NCBI GenBank assembly: GCA_907165135.1
Contig: OU015569.1
Location: 2,046,001 to 2,110,000, forward strand
Origin: Oikopleura dioica
Lineage: Eukaryota > Animalia > Chordata
DNA: 64,000 nt
Reading direction: 5' to 3'
Below are positions 43,621 through 55,942 of this stretch, one piece after another. A program made the translations under genes and the position numbers. The notes below the pieces were generated by a model. It made no database searches. It was not told where the DNA came from and was given only the letters and a program-made list of their open reading frames with translations. The stretch's first letter is position 1. Each line of letters begins with the position of its first letter.

Positions 43621-44623
43621 TAAGGACTTTGACGATGTTCCATATTTCGAGTCATTTACCAAGGAAATTCTGTCTTGGGTTTGTAAAGTAGTCAATTGTG
43701 CTTGAACCTCCCAAACATTAAGAATAAGAGCTAATTTAGATCATGAAATTAAATCATAAATGAAGTTTTTCTAACTGTTTTCAAGCGAAACTCCCATTCA
43801 AACTAAATACTATCTAATCTTAACGAACTTCAAACCAAACTCTTACAGATTTCTTCTGTCTCGTTGAATTCATCTCTTTGCTCGAACTATTCAAATCGAA
43901 GCGGTATTCTCTATTGTCTTTCGTACTTTTAGTCGTTAGACGATTTTTTTGTAATTGAGGCCTGATGAAAAGCCAAAAAAGATTCAAATTTGCGACGACA
44001 CGTTTACGAGAGCTGAGTGAGCTCAAAACTAATTTCACTGCCTGAATTTTTTTATTGTACCCCAGTTAGGGGAAACAAAAAAACCGCAAGGTATATTGAC
44101 TTGTGGTCATCCAGGAAATATCAGTTAGTAGTTGCAAGGTTACATCAGTATCTGCCAGTTGCTGAATACTAACTCGGCCCCTTTGATAAAAGCGCTGATT
44201 TACTGCATCTATTATTGCCATAAAATTCGGTTGTTTGATTTCCTTCCGAGCGCTGCGATTGATGAATAGTAACTTTCTTCCGACCTGCAATGTCAACAAA
44301 AGACAATCACTACAACCAGTGCTACTGGTTGGGGCGTAAATTCATTTTGTTTTTTTGGAACTTTATTTTAGAAAAATGTGGCTTACCAAGAAAATATTAT
44401 TAATTTGACTAATTAACTAAGTGTAATTAGACTAATTGCAAAGAAAAGCAGGTGAAAGAGAGCCACAAATTTACGATAGTGGGGCAGTTGAAGATTACGG
44501 GAGGTGAGAATTAATATGTACAGTTTGATGAGGGAGTGTTTATATTGTTTCCATTGAGAAAAGGCACGCTTTGGATTTGACCTGAGAAGAGCGGCAATAG
44601 AATCGATTGACAGATTGGCGGAT

Positions 44624-45434
44624 CTAGGCGCTATCTTCGGTTTCCGAATCGGCGCTGGAGTAGAGAATCTGCGTTCGTCGGGGACGATCCTCGTTCTCGG
44701 AGTCCGCCTCGTAAGTTGAGACGTCGCTGTCGGAGTCGAAGAAGAGACCCGACTTCTGGTTGAAATCCTGGAAAGAGTGATGAAATGATCTTTTCACATG
44801 AAAGGAACTTACGCGGACGCTGATGCTGTGCGCCTCGTCGGCAGTATCTGGGAGGCCAATCATGCCGTCTTAGAGTGTTATTTATCTAAGTTCTTGAAAG
44901 GTTATAAATTTTCTCACCTTCGTCGTTGAATTCGCTCATTTTCTGGCACTTCCATGGGCCTCTTTTGTCAGGTCTGTACGCTCGGAAACCAAGTTTGTTC
45001 AAGTGCTCGCGGCGGGTTCTCATCGTGGGCCAAGGATAGATCAGCTTCGTCTTACTTTTCTGCATCATGCTTTTAGCTTGCTTCCGTTGCTCAGGAAGAA
45101 GCGATGACTCGTCGACCAATTCCGCTGTCCATTCGTCTTCGCTCCCTTCCCAGTTGCACTGCAAAAGAAAGCAAAATTTCATTTTAGAGACATTTTTGTC
45201 TTACCCAGACACGCCAAGCCTTGATATTGGTTCCGCGGCCCCAAACGGGGTAGAAGCCGTCCAATTGCTAGAAAATAACGATTCAGAACCGAATTTGAAA
45301 AGTGAAGTTCTTACTTTGAGCGTGGCTCCAGTCTTCGCTTCTTCCGTTGCCTTGCGCTTCATACCGCGTCGGCCAAGAACTGGCTTTTCTTTCCGGGCGA
45401 TGTTCGTTGTGCGTGGAGCTGGGGCGAGTCGCAT
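44624..45434 (-). CDS. Uncharacterised three- or four-exon protein with basic N-terminus and acidic tail
   Basis: MRLAPAPRTT...GMKRKATEE, then CNWEGSEDEW...GPWKCQK, then ...DSDSDVSTYEADSE...EDSA*; GT-AG junctions between ORF pieces. Confidence 0.6.
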
Positions 45435-45656
45435 CTTTTCCCAATTTCTTAAAAAGAAAAGTGTAAGCAAAATCAAGTTTACAGGCAGCAGTAATTGGGG
45501 ATACGTTGGTCGCAGTATGGTTGTAGAAGAAATAAAGAAATAGTGGTACATGTTTAAAACTTAAAATGAAGAAGAAAGAAAAAATGCTAAGATTTGAAAC
45601 TGAACTTTCAGGGAAAAGTTAGAATTATGTACAGAAAATGAGCAAACGCGCGAGTT

Positions 45657-46900
45657 TCATTGCTCTAGCGCAGAGATGACAGTTTCAAGCGCCAATCTTC
45701 CGTGGGGCGACAGAAGTCCCCAGATGTCCGAGGACCTGATTTGCGGAACAGAGCTCAAAGGAACAAAAGTAAGGGCTGTTGCTTCGTCGGTTTCGCTGCC
45801 TCCTTCTCTCCACGAAGCTTCAACTTTCTCTTTCGTCAGCGATGTCGTAATCTGTCAAAAAAATCGAGTTATAAAAAGGGTCATAAAATAGGGGCTAAAA
45901 AGTGGCTCTGAGGCTGTTGTTAAAACCTAATTTTCCTTTTTCCAATATAAAAAAAGGGAAAACGCGCCAATCACAGATGTTGAACAAAACCTACACGGAA
46001 ATAGAAGTTTACTCTTCCAGCAAGCGTCCCCAATCGCGCCACAGCGTACAACCTGGGCTCTGACAGATCTTCCTTTGAAATGTTGAATTCGCAGTGCATT
46101 TCGTCCTTGAAAGAGTCGAAGAGCTCGTCTCTCACTTGCGACGGACAAGACGAATCGACTTTGCTTGGTTCTGCGTGGCCGCCAGGAGTGTCCAAAAGAC
46201 CTGCGTGTTCGCCTACCCAGCTTGCTCGCTTGACGATGACGATGTAATTGTCTGATGTTATTAGCACGCCATTCACACTAGAATTAAATTAAATATCTAT
46301 TTGTAAACAGAAAAATGAAAATGAAAAATGAAAATATCTCTACAAATAGCTGTAATCATTCCAATAAAATCAAATAAGTTGAGAAGCCGCTCGCGGCTTT
46401 GAGCTAACACAAAGGGAGCCGCTTTTTTCGCGGCTTTTCGAGAACAGTATTCGATAGATTTTCAGTTATACCTTCTGTCCGAAGCGGTTAAAATAAGCTT
46501 ACCCAATGATATCGGCGAACATAGACCTAGTGCCACACTTCTTGATGTAATCAACGGATTCTGGATTTAGATTGGTGCCAACATGCTGTCTATAATCCGA
46601 CACGCCGATGCCAAGCGTAATTTTGCTGTGCTGGGAAGTGCTCTGCGGGCGGTAGATATCAATACTCCTCTCTTGCGAGTCCAGAATCGAGCCCAGCCGG
46701 AATTTGCTTTTTGAATAGAGACGCGAGTTCGCAGCGCATTTTTCCGCCCAGACGCGTTCGACTATCTTCTCCAGCTCCTTGCTCGTCTCGTGATCGAATT
46801 CAGACGAGAGAAGGACATCCACTTGACTCTTCTCTAGCCCAGGCCATGGAGTTTGAAAGATTTGAAACGAATCGAACAGCGTCTCCATTTCGCAACTCAT
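45657..46900 (-). CDS. NUDT22: Nudix hydrolase 22-like (UDP-sugar pyrophosphatase)
   Basis: W..KCAANSRLYSKSKFRL, LGIGVSDYRQHVGTN, GVLITSDNYIVIVKRASWVGEHAGLLDTPGGHAEP, ELFDS...E; last exon ends ...ALEQ* at 45657. Confidence 0.85.
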
Positions 46901-47763
46901 TCTTGAAAAGTACTAACTAGTTTTGTGATGTTTCTCTGTAAAAAATGGCCAAAATTCCAGCAGAATATGATTGAATATTTTAATGAAATTTTAAAGAAGA
47001 AAAGAAATTCGTAAAAAGAGGAAAATCGAGTTTGAATTTTGAACTTTTCGTCGTCTGGGCGAGGATCCCAGAACGGCGCCATTGGCTCTTTTTTCAGCGA
47101 AAAATCAAACAACGTACGAAAAATCGAACTACTCTTTGAAATTGCGGGAATCGTACTTCTCTAGAGAAATCTGATCGGGAAGTCCAATTCTTCATCGGGA
47201 GTGATAAAACAGTAACATTTTATTAACGACTCTTTTCCTGAGTTTCCTTTTAATAACATGCCTTTTGCTAATATTAATTATGGTGCGCACATGCCTACAT
47301 ATTTCGTATAACTTACCGTACTGCGTCGAAGAAATGATTTTATACAAAAATGTTATTTTATTTAGTAAAGTAATAGTTTATTACTAATGAAACAGGGTCA
47401 TTTTATTGTTACCTAACTGTTGAATTAACATTTATATTTCCGATTTATGTGTATTAACGATTTCTTCCTTGATTTAAAATTTCAACAGAAGTTTCAATAC
47501 AAGGTCATGTAAGTCGGTTGTTGTTTTGAAATAATGCGATTGCATCTAAAAATGCGCAAGGGCGACTTTGCTCTTCGCTCCCAATGTCCGTTAATTTTCT
47601 CTGCGAAAAAGCTGCACAGAGGCCGATTTACGAATTCATTTTATGAGGGCTCTTTTGTCCGCCGCCGTTTAGCGTGGATGAATTTATGTGTTTTGCATTT
47701 TTAAGAAAATAAAAGTGGCGAACGCGAATTTGAGAGAATTGCGAATACTGAGGAGTCGGACTG

Positions 47764-50655
47764 ATGAGTGCCGCTGAGTCGGGCTCGGAGGATGACTCTC
47801 CCGGTGTCCTGCGCGAGCGGAATCTACAGTCGGGACTCTCAGGCAGACGACAACGGATGGGCATGCGCAGACGCGAGACCATTGGCACTTCTGCACCGAG
47901 CACTGAGAATGTTAAGAGGTAACGTTAACGCCAGAACTCTTACAGTAACTATGACGAATTTCTAACGATATTTGCTCGCAAACTCGAATTCTAACATCGT
48001 ATCCTAACCCAGTGAAAACCTCCTTGAAGGGGTAAACCAATATCGAAGCGAAATCGGTGAAAACCAGATTGAAAACGCAGCGCAATTCGGCGCTGGAAAA
48101 AACGACTCGCCACCAGTAGACGAGATATGATCTCGAAACTCTCTGCCCCGAGCATTCTAACCGTTGAGTACGTTGAAAACTCATTTCAAACCTCATCGCC
48201 ATTTACCATCGTCAATGGTCCATCGACATTTTTCATCTTTGAAGTTTTCTCTTCACGGAATCATTATTTTGTTTCAGAAATCGGCACCCTGCAGAATTGG
48301 TCTTTCGCGAATTGATAACGACAGAGGAGACGTATGTACAGCGGCTAAATGCGTACAGAGAAGTGCGTCAGCGACTGGAGCAGAGGCTCCGGCACCTCAA
48401 GAGTGACGTGAAGCGACAAGTCGAGCAGGCGCTCGATCCTCCGGGCTTGGAAGCGATCATGCGTCTTCACAGGTAAATCGACGATTCTTGTCGCATCTCG
48501 ATTCTACTATGACTTCAGAGATGAGATTCTACCTCAACTGAAGCGACGATATAACATGAATGGCGAGCTGTGCTTTGGAGATATCTTTTCGTCGAAATTT
48601 ATTGCGCCTTTCTTCAAAATCTATGCGGAGTTTCTTTCGCAGAAAGAATTAATCGACATGGAAATCCATAAACTGCGAAAGAACACACTCATCGGGCCAC
48701 ATGTAAATAGCATCGAGCAAAGAGACATTCCAGGAACGTGAAAAAAAGACTTCAATCAATAGAAATTTGCTTGAAAAGTTTATTTTTTACACGAAGTTAG
48801 AACTGCTCAATGGTCTGAAAATAGGCTTAAATGTGCTTCTTCTGGAGCCGGTGCAGAGAATACCAAGGTTTGCTCTCTTCTACGCTGACTGATAATTTAT
48901 TGTTTCTTTGGTAGATATGAGCTGTTGCTGCGCGATTATATTAAACGACTGGACAAAGATCACGTGGATTTACCCGCTGCGATCGAGGCCGAGAAACTCG
49001 TTCAAGAAGCTAATGTCTCTAATAATAAGAAAAAGGCAATGGCCGAGAAACGCGGCTATCTGGCGAAACTAGCGAAAGATATTTCCGGACTGGGGCCGCT
49101 AGTCGATGGTAGACGGAATCTTATTTATCATGAATCTACTTATAAACTCAGTAAGACAGCTTTTTTATTGATCAAATAGTTAAAATATTATTAAGAACAA
49201 AAATCGTATACGCCAAAGAGAGCCGATATTCTCATACTCAACGATGTGGTGGTCATTTGCGCCGAACGCAACATCAGTAAAGGTATGGAAGTGAAGGCGA
49301 AACTGCCGCTGGAAACGCTCTACGTCGAGAAGCTAGACATGCCCGTCCAGGTGGGCAAGAACTCGAACGATTATCGAAATGTGAAGGGTCTGCGACTGTC
49401 GTCTATCAAGGAAACTGTTGGTATGAGACAAATCGATTTTCGAACGATTGAGTACTTTCAATTTAGATCTTGTCGAATGTCCACTCAAAGATCACTCCGG
49501 CCATTTGTCGTCCACGCGCTCCTCCGTCGAGAAGATTTATTCGATCCTCATTTCCGTCATTCGCGAATTACAGGAGAGTCTCTTGACGCTGAAGCGAGGA
49601 GATGATCATCCTGTTCTTGAGCTGCCAGAGAATGACGATGAGCCGGTTAAATTTCCGCCTATTCGATTGGGTTCAAGAGCGCCGAGACTGATGCGCGAAT
49701 CTGATGTTTCTGCGTGCATGATGTGCACCCGTGGAAATCGATCAAGGGGCTTCAGGAAGGGCTTTTCAAAAAAATGATGTTTTGATTTGTAAAAGAGAGG
49801 ACATTTACATTGACGAGAAATATCGAGTTTGGAAAGCCTAATTTCAGCAGTGGTTCAAGCTTGATTCATTGTAGAATTTGCGGGCGCTTGGTTTGTTCCT
49901 CCTGTCTTGTCACCGGGCATGCCCCGCTTCAAGTGGATTTCCTTGATGTCAAGGACTCGAAAGACCTTCACGTCTGCAAACTGTGTATACGAAACTCAGA
50001 AGACAACTCCGTGGATTCCCATTTTTCCCACTATCCAATGGTAATTACTTGTAAACGTTCTGATTTTCAAGCAAAAGTGTTAAGCACTTTGACGACTACT
50101 GGAGACAAATTTCTGGCTCAGCGCAAGGCTACTTGAAGGTGCTGATCCCAGAGAAGGGGATCTTTGGCTCTGAGTACAGCAAGGCGTGGTGTGCAATCCT
50201 CACGGATTGGAATGTGGGCCAGTCGCTCAAAGTCATTGTCAAAAGAGCGCCTTGTTACGGTTCAATAATTATCTCCGTCGCACTTGAATATTACACAGCT
50301 ATAGATAAAATTCATTCTTGAACCTATTTGAAGTGATACGGAAAACTTGTTCGAAGCAGACTTGAACAGTTCCTTCACATTTGATCGACTAGTTGCTGAC
50401 AATCAGCGCCAGTGGCTTCTGTCGAACGGACATCTGCGGATTCGTCTCCTCCTCGAAGAGGACCACTTGCGCGACGACTGGGTCACTGCTTTCAGATTTG
50501 CGATCCAAAGTAAGAAGCCTCTCTTTTCTTCAAAAATAATATCATTCTTTCTAGTGGCAGGTGATGCCTTCCCCGGTAAAACCGCACCGAGCCAACATGC
50601 TTTGCCTCATGATCGTATTCTCCTTCGCGATGGCACCAAGGAACTGCTCCCTTAA
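47764..50655 (+). CDS. FGD-family Cdc42 GEF (DH-PH-FYVE-PH)
   Basis: DH: RELITTEETYVQRL, LLEPVQRIPRYELLLRDY. PH: DILILNDVVVIC. FYVE: LGSRAPR...CMMC...HCRICGRLVCSSC...CKLC. Second PH ending DDWVTAF. Confidence 0.9.
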
Positions 50656-50920
50656 ATTCCCTGACAAAGAAATTTCCCTTGCCATTGATTTTTGACCATT
50701 CTAAGTATCGACCCTTTATTTTCTTCAGATAATAAGATATGACGAGATTTATTAGAGAAAGTAAGACTATGAGTCGATTTTTTTATTTGGCAAAATTTGT
50801 ATTTTGCATGTAATAGTTTTTTCCCCTTTGCTACTAATCTGGAATGATAGGAAACTAAAAACACTTGCTAACAAATGTTATTACCGTTCGTTACTGGAAT
50901 TATATTGAATTAAACTGATA

Positions 50921-51644
50921 GAGCCACTTTGTGAAGAGCACGCGTCAGAGCTTGGATCGATCTCGCGAGGCACGCTCTAACCGAGAAAAACGGGTTCGTA
51001 GCCTTCAACCAACAGATCTATACAAGGTGGGTTGAAAATTCTCGCGAAATTTTCAACCATTGTGATTTCAAACCTCTTTCTTTCCATTCGTTTCAAACGC
51101 TTAATTTCAGTACACAAAGGATCAAATATCGGGCCCGCTTTCTGCTTTCTTCCAAAGCTCAAACACCTCCAGTCAGCTGCACCAAGCGCCTCCACGGGCG
51201 AGTCGAATCTCGCGCTCACACTCACTTCGTTCAAGCACCAAAACAGACCTTATCTCTGACGTAATAGGAGCATCAACGAACTTGGTCATAAACTTCTTCT
51301 TTAGCCGATGTCTATTCCTGATCACTTCGTCCACGGCTCTCCTCATTCTTCCCCAGTCAAAGCCCACTTGTCACACTTGAATCCCTCACTAAGGTACTCT
51401 TGCTCAAAACCCATTTCATATAATGAATGATTATAGCCACAAAGTATCCACAGGAAGCCTGGATGACATCTATTTATGCAAGAAAACAGAGCAGGCAGCG
51501 CCGGATTCTTTCAAGCGCAACGAAAAAGAGCGCTTCTCAGCGCGCTTCAAACTTGGCTCACGGCTCAAGGTAAAAACCGATCGTCCTTGATTTTGTAACT
51601 AATATTTGTTATTCCATTCAGAATCTTGTTCGCACGAACAAATA
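50921..51644 (+). CDS. Additional spliced coding exons (FGD C-terminal extension or separate small gene)
   Basis: Phase-consistent GT-AG exon chain SHFVKSTRQ... / YTKDQISGP... / PMSIPDHF... / HKVSTGSLDD...SFKRNEKERFSARFKLGSRLK / NLVRTNK*; link to upstream exons not resolved. Confidence 0.45.
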
Positions 51645-52677
51645 GCGCAAAGACGAAAAAATCGCTGCATCGCCGAATGAAAACGTCCCTTCACCTCTTG
51701 TTCACTTCTTCACATTTTTAAATTAAAATAAAAATATCACTCTTCGTATCAGTGCAAAGATAACGTAAAACATTCTCAAACACTTCCATTCAATTTTGAC
51801 AATGCCCTTCGCTCAAATCCACCTTCCGTGCAGTTCCAATCAAAGTTCGTTCTTTCGCTTCTTGACAATCGTGTAATACGTAACTTTGTAAATACAGACA
51901 TTTGTTAAGAAAGACAGACACAAGTTACAAACTTCTAACGAAAATAAAATCACCAGCAATACTTGTATTATACTAGAGCATCTGGTATGCTCAATTTATC
52001 ATTTTTTTCGAGCAAAAATTTGAGATTTCCGCAAAATAGAGATTGCCAAACTGAATCGTTGTTGATTTTGTGAGTTTTTTTCAATTTTTCTTGCATTTTT
52101 TATACAACTAAAGCATCTAATTTTATACGCTGTTTTTCAACATTATTATCTGCCGCTTCTACAAGAACCAATTCATTTTCTTTCCTCTTCACAATCGTTT
52201 CAAATGCTAAAAATGCAGTCACCAGTGCCTCCAAAATTATAATTTCGAATTCAATTCGTATGCAGTGTATATTCACGTACTGTGTGTTATTATGTATCTT
52301 ATAACTTGCGCTGTGTTGTCACTTTCGCGAAAGCAAAAGGAGAAAAAACACTGTCTTGTAGTCTATTTTGGGGAGTGCGCGCCCCGCGTTTCTAGAACAC
52401 GATCAATCCCATTCCGTTATTATTGCACCAAGTCAGTCAAATACACTCGGTTATACACGCAACACGCAAGTTTCAATTATGTCCTACCGGCACGGTTACG
52501 GCTACGACTACGATTACGACTGGCAGCGCCAACGAGCGCGAGCGTCGTGCAGCGACTCGTGCTTCTCAGTCCTTCCCCAAGCGCGTCTGGTCATCCTTCT
52601 CCCTCGATAATCTCCCGAATCAATACCACTGTAATATTTTAAGAAGGAGAGGAGGGAGCGTAATCCATGAAAAAGCG

Positions 52678-54487
52678 ATGGAGTACCTAAAGGATAAGCC
52701 CCTCAACGAGAAGCAACTGGTAAGTGTCAAGAAACACAAGTACCGCGCAGAAGGCATCACCTACTTAGAGGAATATCTCCAGGAAAGGTTCGACTTTGTC
52801 AAAAAACAAAGATTCTACTTCTGGAAATGACTTTTGTAGTATCGGGTTTTTAATACTGGGAGAGGAATCGAAAGTCATTCTTCGCAAGAAAAGCACTTGA
52901 AACAGAAGTAAAATGACTTTTATATCAATAGAACTTTTTCTTTTAATTTTCCAGTGACAACGCAATTTTAGACGGTATTTCAAGGGAAATTCCAATTAGA
53001 AAATATTTCCCCTTTGGGTTTATGAAAGAGCATCTCATGAAAAGAACTGGCTAACTTTGCGTTGTCATTGGGAGCGAGAAGGAATGCTTTTTTGCATTTA
53101 TCAACCTCGACGAAGCCATTTTGGAATGCGATCGTTCCTCATGTTCCACGCTGGATCGCACCCAACTTGATCACCCTCGTTGGACTGCTTCTCAACGCCT
53201 TGTCACTTTCGTGGCTGCTTTTTGAGCGTCTTTACTACGGCCGGGGATCGTTTAGTACCTACATCTACTGCGGGGTCTCTTTGTTCATCTACCAGGTAGA
53301 TATAAACAGCAAAATCGGCAGCGTTCGTTTATGCTCTTAGACCTTGGACTCTATCGATGGAAAACACGCGCGAAACATCGGCGTTGCGAATCCACTCGGT
53401 GAACTTTTGACCACGGCTGTGACTCCATCTCCACCATTTTCCTTTCTCTTTCCATCGGTGTGATGCTTGGTGCGCACATTACTGAAGTATGCCATAAGCT
53501 CATTAGAACCCCCTTTTTATTGATATTTTAGCCATTTTACTTTTGTGCTGGTGTTATTCTTGCTTCGCATTTTTTCTACTGCAGCCACTGGGTTGCCTAT
53601 GTCACTGGAGCTCTTCATTTCGGTAGAATAGACGTTATCGAAGCCCATTATGCATGTAAGCGAAAATACATGCACCGGGCAGCAGAGCGTTAAATTATTT
53701 TCTCTAGGCATCTTTTCGTACTTTTTCACGGCTTTTGTTGGCGAAGAATTCTGGGACAATGTCTACGTCTTGGACTACCCTGTTCGATGGGCATACTACG
53801 CCGTTTTGAGTACATTTACTATCTGTTTTCTGATTCATTTATATTTTCCATAGTCGGTGGCCTTGCAGGCGTCACGCCTAGATACTGCGACTTGTGCACT
53901 ACTGCTGGCAGCGGAATGAACGGCTCAACATGTGCGAACACATCCATCCTCTCCCCCAGCGGCCCCGTTTTCTGCGTCCTCACCCTCGGCGTCCAAGTCA
54001 TCTACCGCTCTGGACTCTACAAAAGGCAAGCTCCAAATACCACGCTTCTTTTAACAATTAACTTTAGAGAGCCGATACTGTCCGCCCTGATCGTCGCCCT
54101 CGCTATTGCCAAAATTACGAACAAGCTGATCGTCGCAACTATCACCAAAAAAGATCTCTGCCTTTGGGATCCGATTTTGGTCGCTCTCATCGTCTTGTTC
54201 ATGAACCAGTACTGGTACGCAATAATTCCTGAAGTTCCCCTCCTGTACCTCGGAGTCGCCTACTCCATCTTCAATCTCGCCACTTATTTAAATAGGAACT
54301 TGGTCGAATTACCTTTTAAATTTTTTGTTAAAATTGAAGAATTACGGATTGGTTTACGAATAATTTCAATATAATATAAAACTAACATGAGCCTATATTC
54401 GACCATGCCCAAAGCACTTACCACCAGATTGCCGATTGTTTGGACGTTAACATCTTGACGGTCAAGGAAAAGTCCAAGAAACAATGA
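52678..54487 (+). CDS. CEPT1: Choline/ethanolamine phosphotransferase (CDP-alcohol phosphotransferase); 1-nt frameshift as written
   Basis: KHKYRAEG, PRWIAPNLITLVG, CDP-alcohol motif TLDSIDGKHAR...LGEL[F]DHGCDS, HWVAYVTGALHFG, GMNGSTCANTSILSP. Needs two GA-AG introns and one extra T at 53405-53408. CEPT1 versus CHPT1 not resolved. Confidence 0.88.
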
Positions 54488-54894
54488 ACGCAATACGGAA
54501 ACTACTTGATCGTCGTATGTTCTTCATCGTTCTCTTCAATGAAAAAATAGTCTTTGCAATTATCTGATTTTCTCTATTTCTATGTCTCTGTTGTAGAAAG
54601 AGACAAATTCAGCTCTCTTTCTAATATTCTTCGTGACTCCTTCAAAACATGAATAAATATATTTAATTCGGAATTCTAACCCTGCGTCGCTATTTTCTTT
54701 TCAATTATGCAATCATGGAAGATAATGTTAGGAAACTATTTATTTCTTACGGGAGACATAGAAAATAGTACGGTTCAGTATAAGAAAGGTATAGTGTTGA
54801 AGTAGGAAGAAAGAGAATCTATGGTGAAAGATGACAGTGGGCGCAGACACATATAGATAGTAAAAGGTCCTCTCGGAGTTTCTTGGCGTTCTTC

Positions 54895-55464
54895 TTATTC
54901 GTCGTTACAATCGTCTTCTTGCTCTGCATTCATCCTTTTTAGCAATTCGTTGGATGATCGTCGACTTTCGACCATCGCCTCCGCTTTTTCCAAGTCAAAA
55001 GTAAAGACATCTTCATTGATTGGAGTGAGAAGAACATGACAGTAGGCGTTGCGAATTGTAACATGAGGACCACTGAAGAAAAGCTTGTACATCACCTTCG
55101 TAGCTGTGTCCGTGCCAATAGTAAAAGGGGTGTCATTTGGTCGTTGCAGCATCACCATTCTTCTTACGTTGACGAGCTCGTCGATCCGAGTGAGTTGATG
55201 CTCGTCTTTCTCGCAAAACACATGAGGAGTTGGGCCAACGTCGAAATCTGTCCAGTAGGAGTCTTCCAGCTTGATTGATTCTCCGCCGTAAATGTAGGAT
55301 AGCCAAAATAGGCATTCAGTGTGGTCAGGGCCGGCGAGCTGCTTTGGAAATGAATAACCGCAGGAGAGGTGGACTTCATACTTGCCTTTGTCGGAAATCA
55401 TCCTCAGTTGAAAGTCAGGATGGCCTAGGACTCGAGTGAATTTGACGATTGCAATGTCTTTCAT
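54895..55464 (-). CDS. Uncharacterised single-exon protein (189 aa)
   Basis: Intact ATG-to-stop ORF with globular-protein composition; no family recognised. Confidence 0.65.
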   Translation of the reverse strand: MKDIAIVKFTRVLGHPDFQLRMISDKGKYEVHLSCGYSFPKQLAGPDHTECLFWLSYIYGGESIKLEDSYWTDFDVGPTPHVFCEKDEHQLTRIDELVNVRRMVMLQRPNDTPFTIGTDTATKVMYKLFFSGPHVTIRNAYCHVLLTPINEDVFTFDLEKAEAMVESRRSSNELLKRMNAEQEDDCNDE

Positions 55465-55942
55465 TTTTTTCTTTTACGATTATTTCGGAATTCATGCCAG
55501 ATTATATCCGTAGTAAACCCGAAAGATGGCGCAACATGCGAGGAGTAATCAGCGGGGGATAGACGCTATCTCACAAGACAGGTGATTATCTCCGCCATCA
55601 AATTTCGTACATCCGCTAAGAAGTTCTTAGTAAGAACTACAAACCGAACCAAATAGACAAAACTTTCAGCCATAATCACAATTGATAAAAGAACGACACC
55701 GTATTTTGTCAGAGTTTTGGGGTTTGTATTTAACAAAATATATTTTTACAGTGGCAGTTCAGCTTTTCAAGAATTTTCCGTTTCGTGTGTCAAAGTTGGA
55801 ATGTTCGCAAAGCTGGAATAAATATGAACTTGAAGTTGTCGACCTGGGGCCGTTTGGCTAGTTTGTAGAGGTAGAAGGTGTTTTTTATAAACATTTACAG
55901 TTGGTAGGGTCATCGGTTGATAGTTCCTTCTATGGTCGGTCT

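Noticed and set aside
44886-45182. Chromodomain in the orphan at 44.6-45.4 kb
   Set aside because: CNWEGSEDEW only loosely resembles KWKGY...TWEP, and the aromatic cage residues are not evident.
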